DNA of 64,000 bases from Cyanophora paradoxa CCMP329 (lineage: Eukaryota; Plantae; Glaucophyta): positions 496,001-560,000 of the forward strand of contig QPMI01000496.1 in assembly GCA_004431415.1 (NCBI GenBank). Reading direction: 5' to 3'. The position numbers and the translations under genes were made by a program. The first letter of the stretch is position 1. Each line of letters begins with the position of its first letter. Shown here one piece after another: positions 49,701 to 60,003 of this stretch. Under the pieces are notes generated by a model that saw only the letters and a program-made list of their open reading frames with translations, made no database searches and was not told the DNA's origin.

Positions 49701-52700
49701 ATTGAAACCTGCGCGGAAGGGTACAGGTGAGGCCATGATGTACACGTACTTTGCACATGGGACGGGACGGTGCTGACTAGTATTGCGGGCATTTGCGGCA
49801 GCGGTTCGCGTTGCGCCAACTGCCTCAAGGAGAATGGCCTCGTCTACTATCGGCAGGTTCGATGTTGATCAATATGGCATGAGAGCTCGACCGGTCGCAC
49901 CTGCCATTTCTCGGAACTGACTAGCCCGCTTTTTGATCATGATCAGGGGCTTCAGTGCTATCGCTGTCCAGGTTAGAGGGCTTTTAAATCCGGAATTTGT
50001 AATAAACAAAATCTGATGATGACCGGCCGTTTCTGCCCGGGCCGCATGCGCAGAGGGCGTCAGCGTTGCGCTCATCCTCATCTCCCTGTTCGGGTTCCTG
50101 CTCCTCTTCGTGGTCGCCGTCCTCTCGGCGCGGGTCAGCCAGCAGCGCATCAACGACTTCGGGCAGCTCGTCCGCGTCTCCATCAACCTCGTCCAGGTCC
50201 TCACCGTCTTCGCCCGCATGCAGCTCAAGGTTCGAATTCTTTTAAAATTAAAAGCTTAACGTATCCACGGACATTAAACTCGCTGTGCTGTGCAGTGGCC
50301 GGCTGCGGTCTTGACCGTGCTGAATGCGCTGAGCTTCGTCAACCTGAACATTGAATGGCTTCGCCCGGAGTGTACGGGCGCGTCAATTTGCATTGAAGCT
50401 GTTTCCACGAATATTAATCCTGCGAGTAAGCTGAATTTAGAGCGCAGTGCGTGGAAACACGTTCGTTCTGAAGTGGGCGGTGTCCCTTGGCCTCCCTGTC
50501 GCGATGGCCTTTTTCGGTTTCCTCGTATGGCTTCTGGTGCGTATCCCGGATCGGATTTCTATTTATCGCTTGAGTTCACTTCGGTTTGCACCCGCTAAAT
50601 CGCATTACGCGTGCAGGCGATCGCGTATTCTCCAGTTGGGCGAAAGTTGATGAAGGCGCGCTCTAGATCTGCGGCCATCAAAAGGAAGGATCAGGAGCAA
50701 TCGATGGCAGTCTCGAGCGCGGCCCTCGATCGCACGCCGTCTAGAGTCGAGCGCTTCAAGAGCAGGCTTTGTCGGATGAACGTCGCGACAAGGCTCGTTA
50801 GCGCGGTGGTGGATGCCGTGATATGGCTCTTCACGTACCATCTGCACCCAGACCCTGCACATGTTGGCGACCAGACGCAATCATTACAGACGCCGGAAAA
50901 ACTCGCCGGCCGCCATTCCATCGCGAGCACGCGGCAGACGTGCACGTGCGGAGACAATAAAAAGATCTGCTGCGAAGGATGCTGCGGGAAGGAGCGCTGC
51001 TCGGCGCGGAACCTCGCGAAGCTCTACGGGCACGCGATGCTGCTCGGCCTGTCCACGGCATACGTGCTCGTCGCCCAGGCCGCCCTCTCAACGTTTGCCT
51101 GCGTCCAGTTCGTCGCTCGCAAGCTCATTGCAACAGACGTAACCAACGTTAGCCATCTTATCGCGCGCGCAGGGACCCAGGCTCCTCGAAAGCGTACCTT
51201 GTGACGGAGCCCTCCTTCGAGTGCGACATCAACGGCATGTGGGGCCGCGTGCTCGTCCCCATCGGCTCGCTGGCCGTCGTCCTGTACGTCTTCGGCGTCC
51301 CCTTCGGCCTCCTCTGCATCGCCGTCTACGGCAAGCTCAAGAAACGGAAGCTCGAGGGGGCGAGCTCGAAATCGAACGAGAGGACGCACGAGAACCTCCT
51401 GCGAGACGACAAGTTCATCCGAAGCTTCGGATTCCTTGTGCTCCAGTACAACACGAAGTACCCCTGGTGCGCGTGTGCCAGCGGTCCAGATCCCTCGATT
51501 CCCATTGCATCTTTGCGTTTGATTCGCATCATCGAAGGTGGGAGTGTGTCATCATTTTAAGGCGAGTTTCGAATTTGGTCGAGAATGATTTATATCGTGA
51601 TAACTGTCTTCCATTAATCGAGCGCTCTGCAGAAAGCTCGCCATCGTCATCAACACGCTCTGGCTCGTGCGACTCCCCGTGCTGCAGGTGCGCACTCCCC
51701 CCTCTGCTCTGTGATCGTCGTTGACGTTTGAGCCGATCGCCGCGCGCGTGGGGTGCAGAGCATCGTGGCGTTCATTGTTTTGTTCGTGGCGGCAATCGCG
51801 CAAATCAGCCTGAAGCCGTTCACTATTGTTCGTTCTTTGCGGTTCTCGAGCGTGTGCGCAGCGCTCATGATCACGCGTACGTCATCTTTGCGCACACGCA
51901 GCCCCGCATCAACATGCTGGAAGCCCTCTCCCTTACCGCTTCAATGGTGCATCACCTGTGCATCAATTTGGCTTGATCTGTAGATCTGATTCAACTGACT
52001 GCTTCAATTTGGCGCAGTTTACGCTCTTCGCGGGACTTGTATTTTTGAACTCCGCGGTCACGGATGAAGTTGTCATCTTGATGCAGGCCCGCCTCCCACC
52101 TGCTTATATATTGCTTATGCTCCTCACATTTCCTTTAACAGATCCTTCTGCTCGCGCTTCTGAGCGCCTTCGTCATCTTCGTGATAATCGTGACCTTCAC
52201 AACCTTTTGGTTCAACGGAGAGAACCAGGTCAAACGGATCCTTCAGCATGAGGCGCGTGGCATTTCGCACATTGACATAGGTACACGCGCGTGCATACAT
52301 ATTTACATTGGGGATCGCGCGCCTTGGGCGCGGGCAGATCGGAGTGGACTTCCAGCTAAACTCAGGAACGATCTACGTGGTCGACCGCTGGTTCACGAGA
52401 GCGATGGACCCGAGCTCAAAGTTAGCGCGCGAGATGCGCAGGAATCGCGAGGTGCGCACCCGACAAATGCAGCTTGCGGATGGAGAAGAACAATCGCCCC
52501 GCAGAAAGCGCTGAAGAATGCAAAGACGCGTATGGGGATTGGCGAAGACGTCGACGTCGACGACTCGAAGTCGACCGCAGTGCAATTCTGGCAGGATCGA
52601 TTCCAGAAGACTCGGGCTCCACTCTCTGATGAAATTCAGTTGCATCGAAATACACCTGCCAAGGTGAGGAAAAGAAGCGCCAATCACGCCTGCCTATATA

Positions 52701-53587
52701 TATATGCCCCAATCCCCCTGCGCAGGAGGCTGCAGCGTCGCAGTCGCGACCGCCATCGCGGCCAACCGCGAGCTCGGCCTGGAACTTCGACGGGCCGGAC
52801 TCCGAAGCGCTAGCGCGGGAGAGCCTTGAAGACCTCGAGGTGTTCCTCGACTATGCTGCAAGCCTGTCTGACCTGGCCAAGCACTACGCCAATACGTGCG
52901 CTCGGTGCTACGTTTCATTCATTCCGGTAATGAGATTCTGCACTGCGGCAGGGGCAAGCTGGAACTGAGCTACCTCTTCCGCGACGAGGAGCCCTACATC
53001 GCCCACAAGCTCCTCATGGACGAGCTCAAGCTGGTCAGCGGCATGCTTCGAACGCAAATCGGATAGGCGCCGATGCAACCGCCCTCGTCCTCATGCAGGT
53101 CTCGGAGAACCCGAACCGGGAGCGCCGCTACATTCGGAACGTGGCGCGGACGCACGACGAGTGCGAGTGCCCGCCGGCGCATGAGGACGTCGCGCGCCTG
53201 CTGGAGAGCCTGGGCCAGTTTGTCGAGCGCGGGGTGCGCGCGCGAGGCTGGCCTGTGTAGGCGAGGCTGTGAGCTGACAAGATCGTGAGCAGGACCCTCG
53301 GTTGAGTTTCTACCCCCTCCGGAGAATTGCGTCAGGCTATATGCCGCCCAGATCCAAGGTGCTTAAATGTGGTACATTTCTTCCTACGTATACTGATTCA
53401 GAATTGCGAATTGTGCGTGATCATATGCATGCGATAGCTGCAACGACTTCGACACTTGGTCGCAGCAACACCCACGCCAAAGTCAAAACCGACATCCGAT
53501 GCATACGGTCACGACTCAAAAGAAGATTTCGACCACGGCTCCGGCCCGTTCGCGATAACGATGGTCGATGTGCACATGAAAAGCTGA
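40706..53587 (+). CDS. Giant receptor-like multi-pass membrane protein B (signal peptide, Kelch-like repeats, beta-rich repeats, PKD, IPT/TIG, Cys-rich GCC2/GCC3-like, multi-TM)
   Basis: MFTGCSCLIVAGVLLLASFTLAQ; Kelch-like FAVFGGQG...YNDIWMLN and VFGGSSSTIEFRNDLLRYSVSSDSWTSV; PKD-like YPEAGLYTVSARARNGIS; IPT-like VTIAGERFG; CAANSYQDQPASTSCIPCPANS; WPAAVLTVLNALSFVNLNIEWLRPEC; FGFLVLQYNTKYPW. Could be more than one gene. Confidence 0.75.
42899..42994. repeat. Two-copy 51-bp tandem repeat, probably intronic
   Basis: TTACGCCTTCACGATATTAA...GTACAATTTGCGGTCGA twice. Confidence 0.85.
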
Positions 53588-53782
53588 CGGTGCCGCTGTA
53601 TGAAAGCAGACTGAAACCATATGCATATAGTGCACTGTGTGTATGTATTTACGGAAGGAAGTAAATGTTCGATTATTGCGTGCAGATGTATTGTAGTCTC
53701 TCTAACGATTGCGAATTGTGCGGAACCTCCGAGTTATGATGCTGCCCCATTGCTAGCTATAGAGTGGGTGTAGCTGCCCCAT

Positions 53783-53832
53783 CGGGGTGTAGCGCAGTTT
53801 GGTTAGCGTAACTGTTTTGGGTACAGAAGGTC
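53783..53832 (+). pseudogene. 3'-truncated bacterial/organelle-type tRNA-Pro(UGG) fragment
   Basis: CGGGGTG TA GCGC AGTTTGGTTA GCGT A ACTGT TTTGGGT ACAGA AGGTC gives the 5' acceptor strand, D arm, anticodon arm (TGG) and variable loop; T arm and 3' acceptor strand are absent. Confidence 0.75.
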
Positions 53833-54175
53833 GAACCTATTGTGTATTGGTTGTACTAGGGGCCCGGCCGCGTTTGGCGCGCCGGGGGTGCAAGGGGGGA
53901 ACCGGGATCTAATGAAAGAGTCGTAGTGGCACGGACATGAACGGGGCAGATCTAGATCGACCCCGGCCCAGCGCGCGCGGCAGGTTGAAGTGTAAAGGTA
54001 CACACAGAGTATATGTGTTTGAAAAAATAGAAAAGGCCCATTAAGCAGATGCTGCGATCAAAGCCTCAATGAGAGGCCAGATTCAGCGCACTGTATATGA
54101 AAGATTGTTCTGGAGTGAAAAAACGCTGCGCATCAACTGTGTTCGCACGGCCTACTGCTAACCCTGAACAGCTGG

Positions 54176-55265
54176 CTAAAAGATGATGGTGCTGTCTGCA
54201 GAGGGCTCGCCGTAAACATAGGCGATCCAAGCCTTCTGGAGGGGGTTGGGCCGGAAGTCGAACATGGGGGTGAGCGGCAGCCAGCGGCGCCGGTCCTGAA
54301 GAGAGCCGTCCTGCGAGAGCATGGTGAGGCGGCCCGCCGCCTCGAGTGCTCGCAGAGCGACGCGGCTGGCGCGCTGCTCGCTCCCGCCGCGCATCTGGTA
54401 GACAAGGTCTTGAATTTCGATATCCGCGAGGCCGGCGTCACGGAGGCGGTTGAGGACTCCCATGTGGAGGTCCTCGATCGCAGGCCTGTCGTGGCAATCA
54501 TGAACAGAGGTTAGCTATGGGCGGTCCACTTGAATGAATTTTCGCGCACCCGACAAAGCGAACGACGAAGCGATGCTGCCGGGCAGCCGCGAGTGCTTCG
54601 ACTGTCGCTAAAGCGAAGGCGACGGCTTGCTCGCGCGGGGGGGGGGAAGCCAGGGCGGTCGGGGAGCTCGCGGACGAGGATGAGCAGCGGCTTCTCAGCC
54701 GCTCCGAGCACGGACACGATACCGCCGACGTCGGGGGCCGCTCCAGACGGCCAGGTGGACGCGGCGTGCCGGTATCCGTCCGGCGGGAGCACAAACGCGA
54801 CGGCGCCCGCACAAAGCCGGCCGCGCGCGAGGCCGAGCCAGGAGGCGTCTTCGGCGGAGGAAACGACGAGCCCCCCAACCGGCAGAGGCGGTCCCGAAGC
54901 CGGCCGCGACATCACGTAGCTGCGCAAGACACTGCTGGCCACCTCCATTGCGAAGGGGAGCTGCGGGTGGTTCAGATGATGCTGACTTCAGAGACGGAGG
55001 CCGCTCGGCGGTCGCACCTGGTTCGACGCGTTGCACTTGTGCTCGAGGTCCTCGAAGCTGCGCCGGCGTCAGCTTCGCTCGCTCCTCTTGGTGTCAGGCT
55101 GAGGGATGCGCGAGTGCGGCTACAGAAATGATTGCGCGCCGCGGCTGGGCAAAGAAGGCAAAGCCCGCCGTTGCAAGCCCCAGTGCTGCAACGCTCTAAC
55201 TGTATGCTCTCACCTTCAACGATGCCTTCAGGCAGCTCTGGAGCAGCTTTGCGTCCTCGTCGCAT
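54176..55265 (-). CDS. Possible hypothetical protein or degraded gene
   Basis: Protein-like segments (MGVLNRLRDAGLADIEIQDLVYQMR...; VASSVLRSYV...KPLLILVREL) but no coherent gene model or family. Confidence 0.3.
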
Positions 55266-55686
55266 GTTAGCTTTCTCTTGTTAGCTGCTGAGGCGCTTTC
55301 TCTTGCATAAGCTCAGTGCCGAAGCTCAGTTCACGCCCGGATTCTCGTGCACGTGCATGCAATGATCTCGCTTACTCACTGTTCACGCGCTGCAGCTGCA
55401 CACGCGCCGCTCTTTGTTATTCGCAACTCGAACGCTCGCGATCGGTTTGCCGCTGATGCGCTCGCAAAAGCTGGTCAGCTCGCAAGACCGCCCGGCGCGA
55501 AGGGACAGCGGCCGGGGCGCCAACGAGGTCGGCGCAGCGATGCGGCTGCGAGCAGAGGCTTGATTGCGAGGAAAAGCTACGCGGTACGGGCCAATCCGGC
55601 CCACGGGCTGCGCGTGCTTCGGTGCACGTGCTGCGGTGCAATTTGCAAGCTTGGTGCAGTCAAAAATAGTCCAGGCGGTACGGGTA

Positions 55687-56108
55687 CCGTGCGGCGTACG
55701 CGGCGCACTGCGAGGAAGTGGAAATCTAGAGGAGATCGAGCAAGACAGCTAGGGAGAATTTCTACGAAATTCCGTGCGGCGTACGCGGCGCAGTGCGAGA
55801 AAGTGGAAATCTAGAGGAGATCGAGCAAGACAGCTAGGGAGAAGTGGTTCCATGCAGAACCGCGCAACGAAGAGCAAGGCGTACGCGACGCACTGCGAGG
55901 AAGCCGAAATCTACAGGAGACAGCTAGCTATAGGGAGAACTGGTTCCATGCAGAACCGCGGAAGGAATTCGAAGACCGGAATGAGAGAGAAGTTGGTTTC
56001 CAGGCTTCAAGTCGAGGAAACTGGTCTCCGCTAGAACCGCGGAAGGAATTCGAAGACCGGAATGAGAGAGAAGTTGGTTTTCAGGCTTCAAGTCGAGGAA
56101 AACTGGTC
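55687..56108. repeat. Compound tandem repeat: 85-bp period unit x2 (plus a degenerate third) followed by an 81-bp period unit x2
   Basis: CCGTGCGGCGTACGCGGCGCA...CAGCTAGGGAGAA at 55687 and 55772; AGAACCGCGGAAGGAATTCGAAGACCGG...GAGGAAA at 55952 and 56033. Confidence 0.9.
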
Positions 56109-56678
56109 TTCGCCCTCGAAAACCTTTTTTTGCATGGACGGCCGCAGCGACAAACACGTGTCGCTGCAACAGAATTTCGGCCCATTTTTTTCCCGCGTTG
56201 CATACTGGACCTCGAAAACGGCCTCATAGAAGAATTTTGGCTGAAGCGAGGGAACGGGAAGCAAGGGGGGAAGACCTTCGGTCTTCTTTCCCCCCTTGCA
56301 ATAAACGTTAATATGCATCGCCAAGTAGAGTATATCTATTCGCAAGCGAGGCGCAGATATTCGAAAGGGCTGTGCTGTTCTTGGTTTTGCGAACATGACG
56401 TCTCAGATGTGTTGGGGGGGGGGGGGGCTAGTGTTCGTGATCATGAGTGGACACCGGGGGGAGGGGGGGGGGGGAAGGGGCAGGGGCCGGGCCGCCGCGG
56501 GCGGGCGGCCGCGGGGTCTGGGTGACCGGGGCACACGGCTGGGCTGGGCTGGAAATCGAGGGGGGACATATGCATGTGGAATGCGTCTCATTTACAAAGA
56601 TTGAATATTCGGAGACAAAGATATCGGGGACAAACCTATTCGGAATATTCGGGGAGATCTAGAGACAAACGATAAGAG

Positions 56679-57563
56679 CTAATTGAAAGCCTCAGCTATT
56701 TGGAGCGCAGCTTCTGCGTTGAGCACCTCGCCGTTCATAAGTTTCCTCAAGGCCACTACATGCCTGCCAGCGAGATTTTAGAAGCTGTCAGAGATAAAGA
56801 GTAATATGAATTTATTGTCACCCGCTGAATGAGCTGTTGAGAACTTGCAGCATATTCCACACCACGGGCTTAATGTTAGCCGCTTTGCCGAAGTCGGTGC
56901 AGATCTTGAATCGCACTTCTCCATCCTTGAGGTCCATCTGAGTTCGTACACGCGAGTCAAACTGCCGTCAGATCCTTCCTTCAAGTGGGGAGTGCCCGCT
57001 TAAGCTCGAGTGAAGCAGCGAGACGCACGCACCTCCAAGTTTCCGCAGAGCATATCGAAATTCGCGCGAACGAGGTATTCCGTCACGATTGGCCGCTTGT
57101 GTTCGGGGATCTACGCGCACCGCGCATTAATATTATTTCCTGTTCGCGACACCAATAATCAATTAACACGGACCGTGAAGTCCGCGATACCGTACAGGAT
57201 AACCTGATGATTATGAAATATGAGCGTAATATATCAGCAATATACAGCATTTAGGGGGGCCCAGCGGCTGAAACGCGCGGCGCATGACCGGCATTACCGA
57301 TGTTTGCTCTTCTCGACAAAGCATGGCAACAACGTAGGCGCCCTCATTCTTAGGCATCTCGAACATCGCCACGATTGTTTTGTCATCCTGCGCTATATAG
57401 TTCATATGCATATGCATGTGGGAAGACCTGTACTATGATACGCGCTCGCCCGCAGCTTGAGAGATTACACGAAAGCGCTGGCAGCAAGCTCGAGAACCTT
57501 GGGAATGAACTTCACGTTCTTGCTCTGGAGAAGCTGCTTAATTTGTTCAGTGTAGCTCGGCAT
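56679..57563 (-). CDS. Stand-alone YbjN-like domain protein (T3SS-chaperone-like fold), 6 exons
   Basis: Spliced: MPSYTEQIKQLLQSKNVKFIPK/DDKTIVAMFEMPKNEGAYVVAMLCREEQTS/VILYGIADFT/IPEHKRPIVTEYLVRANFDMLCGNLE/MDLKDGEVRFKICTDFGKAANIKPVVWNMLQVLNSSFSG/HVVALRKLMNGEVLNAEAALQIAEAFN*. Matches the YbjN-family pattern (PxxKRxxxxExxxRANxxxxxGNxExDxxDGEVRxK) as I recall it. Confidence 0.8.
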
Positions 57564-59065
57564 TGCGGATTGTTCAGTGTATATAGTCTCTGTCGAGCGC
57601 AAGGCTTCGCTGTTCGTGTGCGTGGCTCCGCGGCTGTGTTTCGTCTGCCTGGCTGGGGTATCCCAGCGTGTGGTAGCCCGCGACGGCGCGCAGGCCTGAG
57701 CCTTGAGGCCCTGAGGAGCGGCACTCGCTTGAAGGATGTGCCGTACCACTTCGAATTGTAGGCTACGACTCTAGCCTATTAGTCAAACGGTCCCGGGTCC
57801 GTAGTACCGTACTACGGTACGGCAGCCCGCGACGGCGCCCGCGGGGGCCGGACTCCGGGGATCCGGAGCTCGAGTACTGTATACTATATATATATGGTAC
57901 CATACTTTACTACAGTAGTACGAGACTGTAGAAGTCACTCAAGTCAGTGCTAGTCACTGAGTCACTGTACCGTACGCGTAGTACTCAGTACAGATCTAGA
58001 CCGTCGGACGGACCGTCGACGGTACTACCGGGTACTCCGCCGCCCGGGCCGGGAGTCCGGGTCCCCGGGACTCCGGCCCAGTCCGAGTCTGTCCGACGGT
58101 CTCCGGGTCACGGCCCCACGGGTATCCCCGCCGATTCTCCGGACTATACCGTAGTACCGCACTACTAGTATTAGTACGACTCGGCGACTGCACACTGTGC
58201 ACAGTAGTATGTACTGTAGTACTGTATGTACGACGGTATACCGTAGTACGACAATACTACGACTGTACTACGGTACACCGTGGCACTGTGACAGCCTATA
58301 CTAGCAAGTTACCGACCGTCGGACAGCCATGGCCAGCCGGCACCTGACGGTCCGATGACAGGTATTTGCAATTTTGAGTTAATTCTCCTAATTCGGGTTT
58401 AAATGTCCGACGATCACCTGATGGTAAGTTACCGTAGCGCACCGGCCAATCGTGATCTGCTGTCACCTGAACCTGCTTTTTAGCTTCGATTCAACCGTCG
58501 ATCAGTGATCCAGACCGTCGGACAGTGACCATGAAAATCAGAACCTGATGATCAGCCTGTGACTGTTTTCACAGCGGCGATTTGCCTATTGGCCCGGAGG
58601 GCCGGAGTCACCACTGACTCACCAGGTGGCTCAGTGACCAGGCAGAATCCTGGCCGTGCCGCGGGCCACGGACCACGGTGGCAGTGGCAGATCCAGTGTC
58701 TGATCCACAGGACAGTGGCAGGACTCCAGTGTCACTCCACTGCCAGTGGCAGCCAGTCTCCAGCCTGCAGCCTCCACTGGGCCACTGGCACCCACTGCCA
58801 GGCAGTGCCAGCGGCCGGGCCCGGCGGTCTGCCGCACCAGCGCCGGTCCAGCGGCCAACTGGTGCTTCATAATAAAAGTTTATATAATTTCCTGTCACCT
58901 GACCTATTTTTTCCTTGGCCAAATAGTTGACTCGTCGATCGTTTCCTTTTTTCCGTAATTATTAACGTTGACTTGTTGACTCTGGCCGAGTCCGCCGGGA
59001 CTCCGCCCCCAATCGGGCCCCATGGCCAAGTTTGGGGGCAACTTGGGGCCCGGGGCCCCAACGTA

Positions 59066-59294
59066 CCGTAAAACACAATATTAAGGTCTGCACTTTATTA
59101 TAGACATAATAGGAAACGACATAATAGGGCGTGCTTAGTCTTACCCCCCCAATTTACCGCCCCATACAAACCTGAAAATTTCGTGACGACATATAATTTG
59201 GGGGTGTCATATTTTGCATAGAGAAGGGTCCGGTTTTATAACGGCATAACTTAGTAAATTTGACCGTCATATTATTGTGTTCCGAGTTCTACGG
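59066..59294. mobile_element. Second Tc1/mariner-superfamily-like MITE
   Basis: TA|CCGTAAAACACAATA...TATTGTGTTCCGAGTTCTACGG|TA; AT-rich interior, no ORF. Confidence 0.7.
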
Positions 59295-60003
59295 TACGCA
59301 TCATGGCATGCAGCGTCACGGCCCGACTCACGGGTCCAGCGGCTCCGGATCCAGCCTGGCAGCTTTCGGGCTCCACTGATTATAATTATCAGCCTCCAGT
59401 ATATATTTTCCTGTCCAATATTTTCGAGGGGGCACTCAGTGACTGGGCAGTGGGCACTGTGGCGGCAGTGCTGCTGCCACTGCCTGCCAGTCTGCTAGCC
59501 GGCGCCCGCCTGCCGGCGTGCTGCTGCAGTGGCACGGTGCCACGGTAGTGGGCAGCCTACGTACCAACATACTATACTTATAGTAGCTAGGCCTGACCCT
59601 CGGGCCTCGGGCCCTATGAGTCCCCCCGATTCATGACTCAGGGACCGGGCCCGGACTCAAGACTCGAGACTCCAAGCTCAGGACTCAGGAGTCAGGACTC
59701 AGGAGTCAGACTCAGGACTCAGGAGTCAGGACTCAGCTGCAGCCTGCACTGCAGCCTGCAGGCTTCAGCTCAGCCTACCAGCGGCTGTAGGTTGTTTCGA
59801 GGACCGAAGATCAGGAAATTTAGGCCCTTAGGCCTGCGAACGCTAACTGGGCAGGGCGCTACAGCACACTCATCAGCGCAACTCGGCAGCGCCGCCCGTC
59901 GCCAAGGTTCGGCTGCAACGTTTATTCCAGCCTCCGATCGCAAGTTACAATTGCAAGCTTAAGCCTGCGCGCGTGTACCAGGGTTGCCGAGCCTGCTTCG
60001 TAA

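Noticed and set aside
55687-56108. Repeats resembling a CRISPR array
   Set aside because: Units are about 72-76 bp with only 2-3 copies and very short gaps, there are no cas genes, and the context is eukaryotic.
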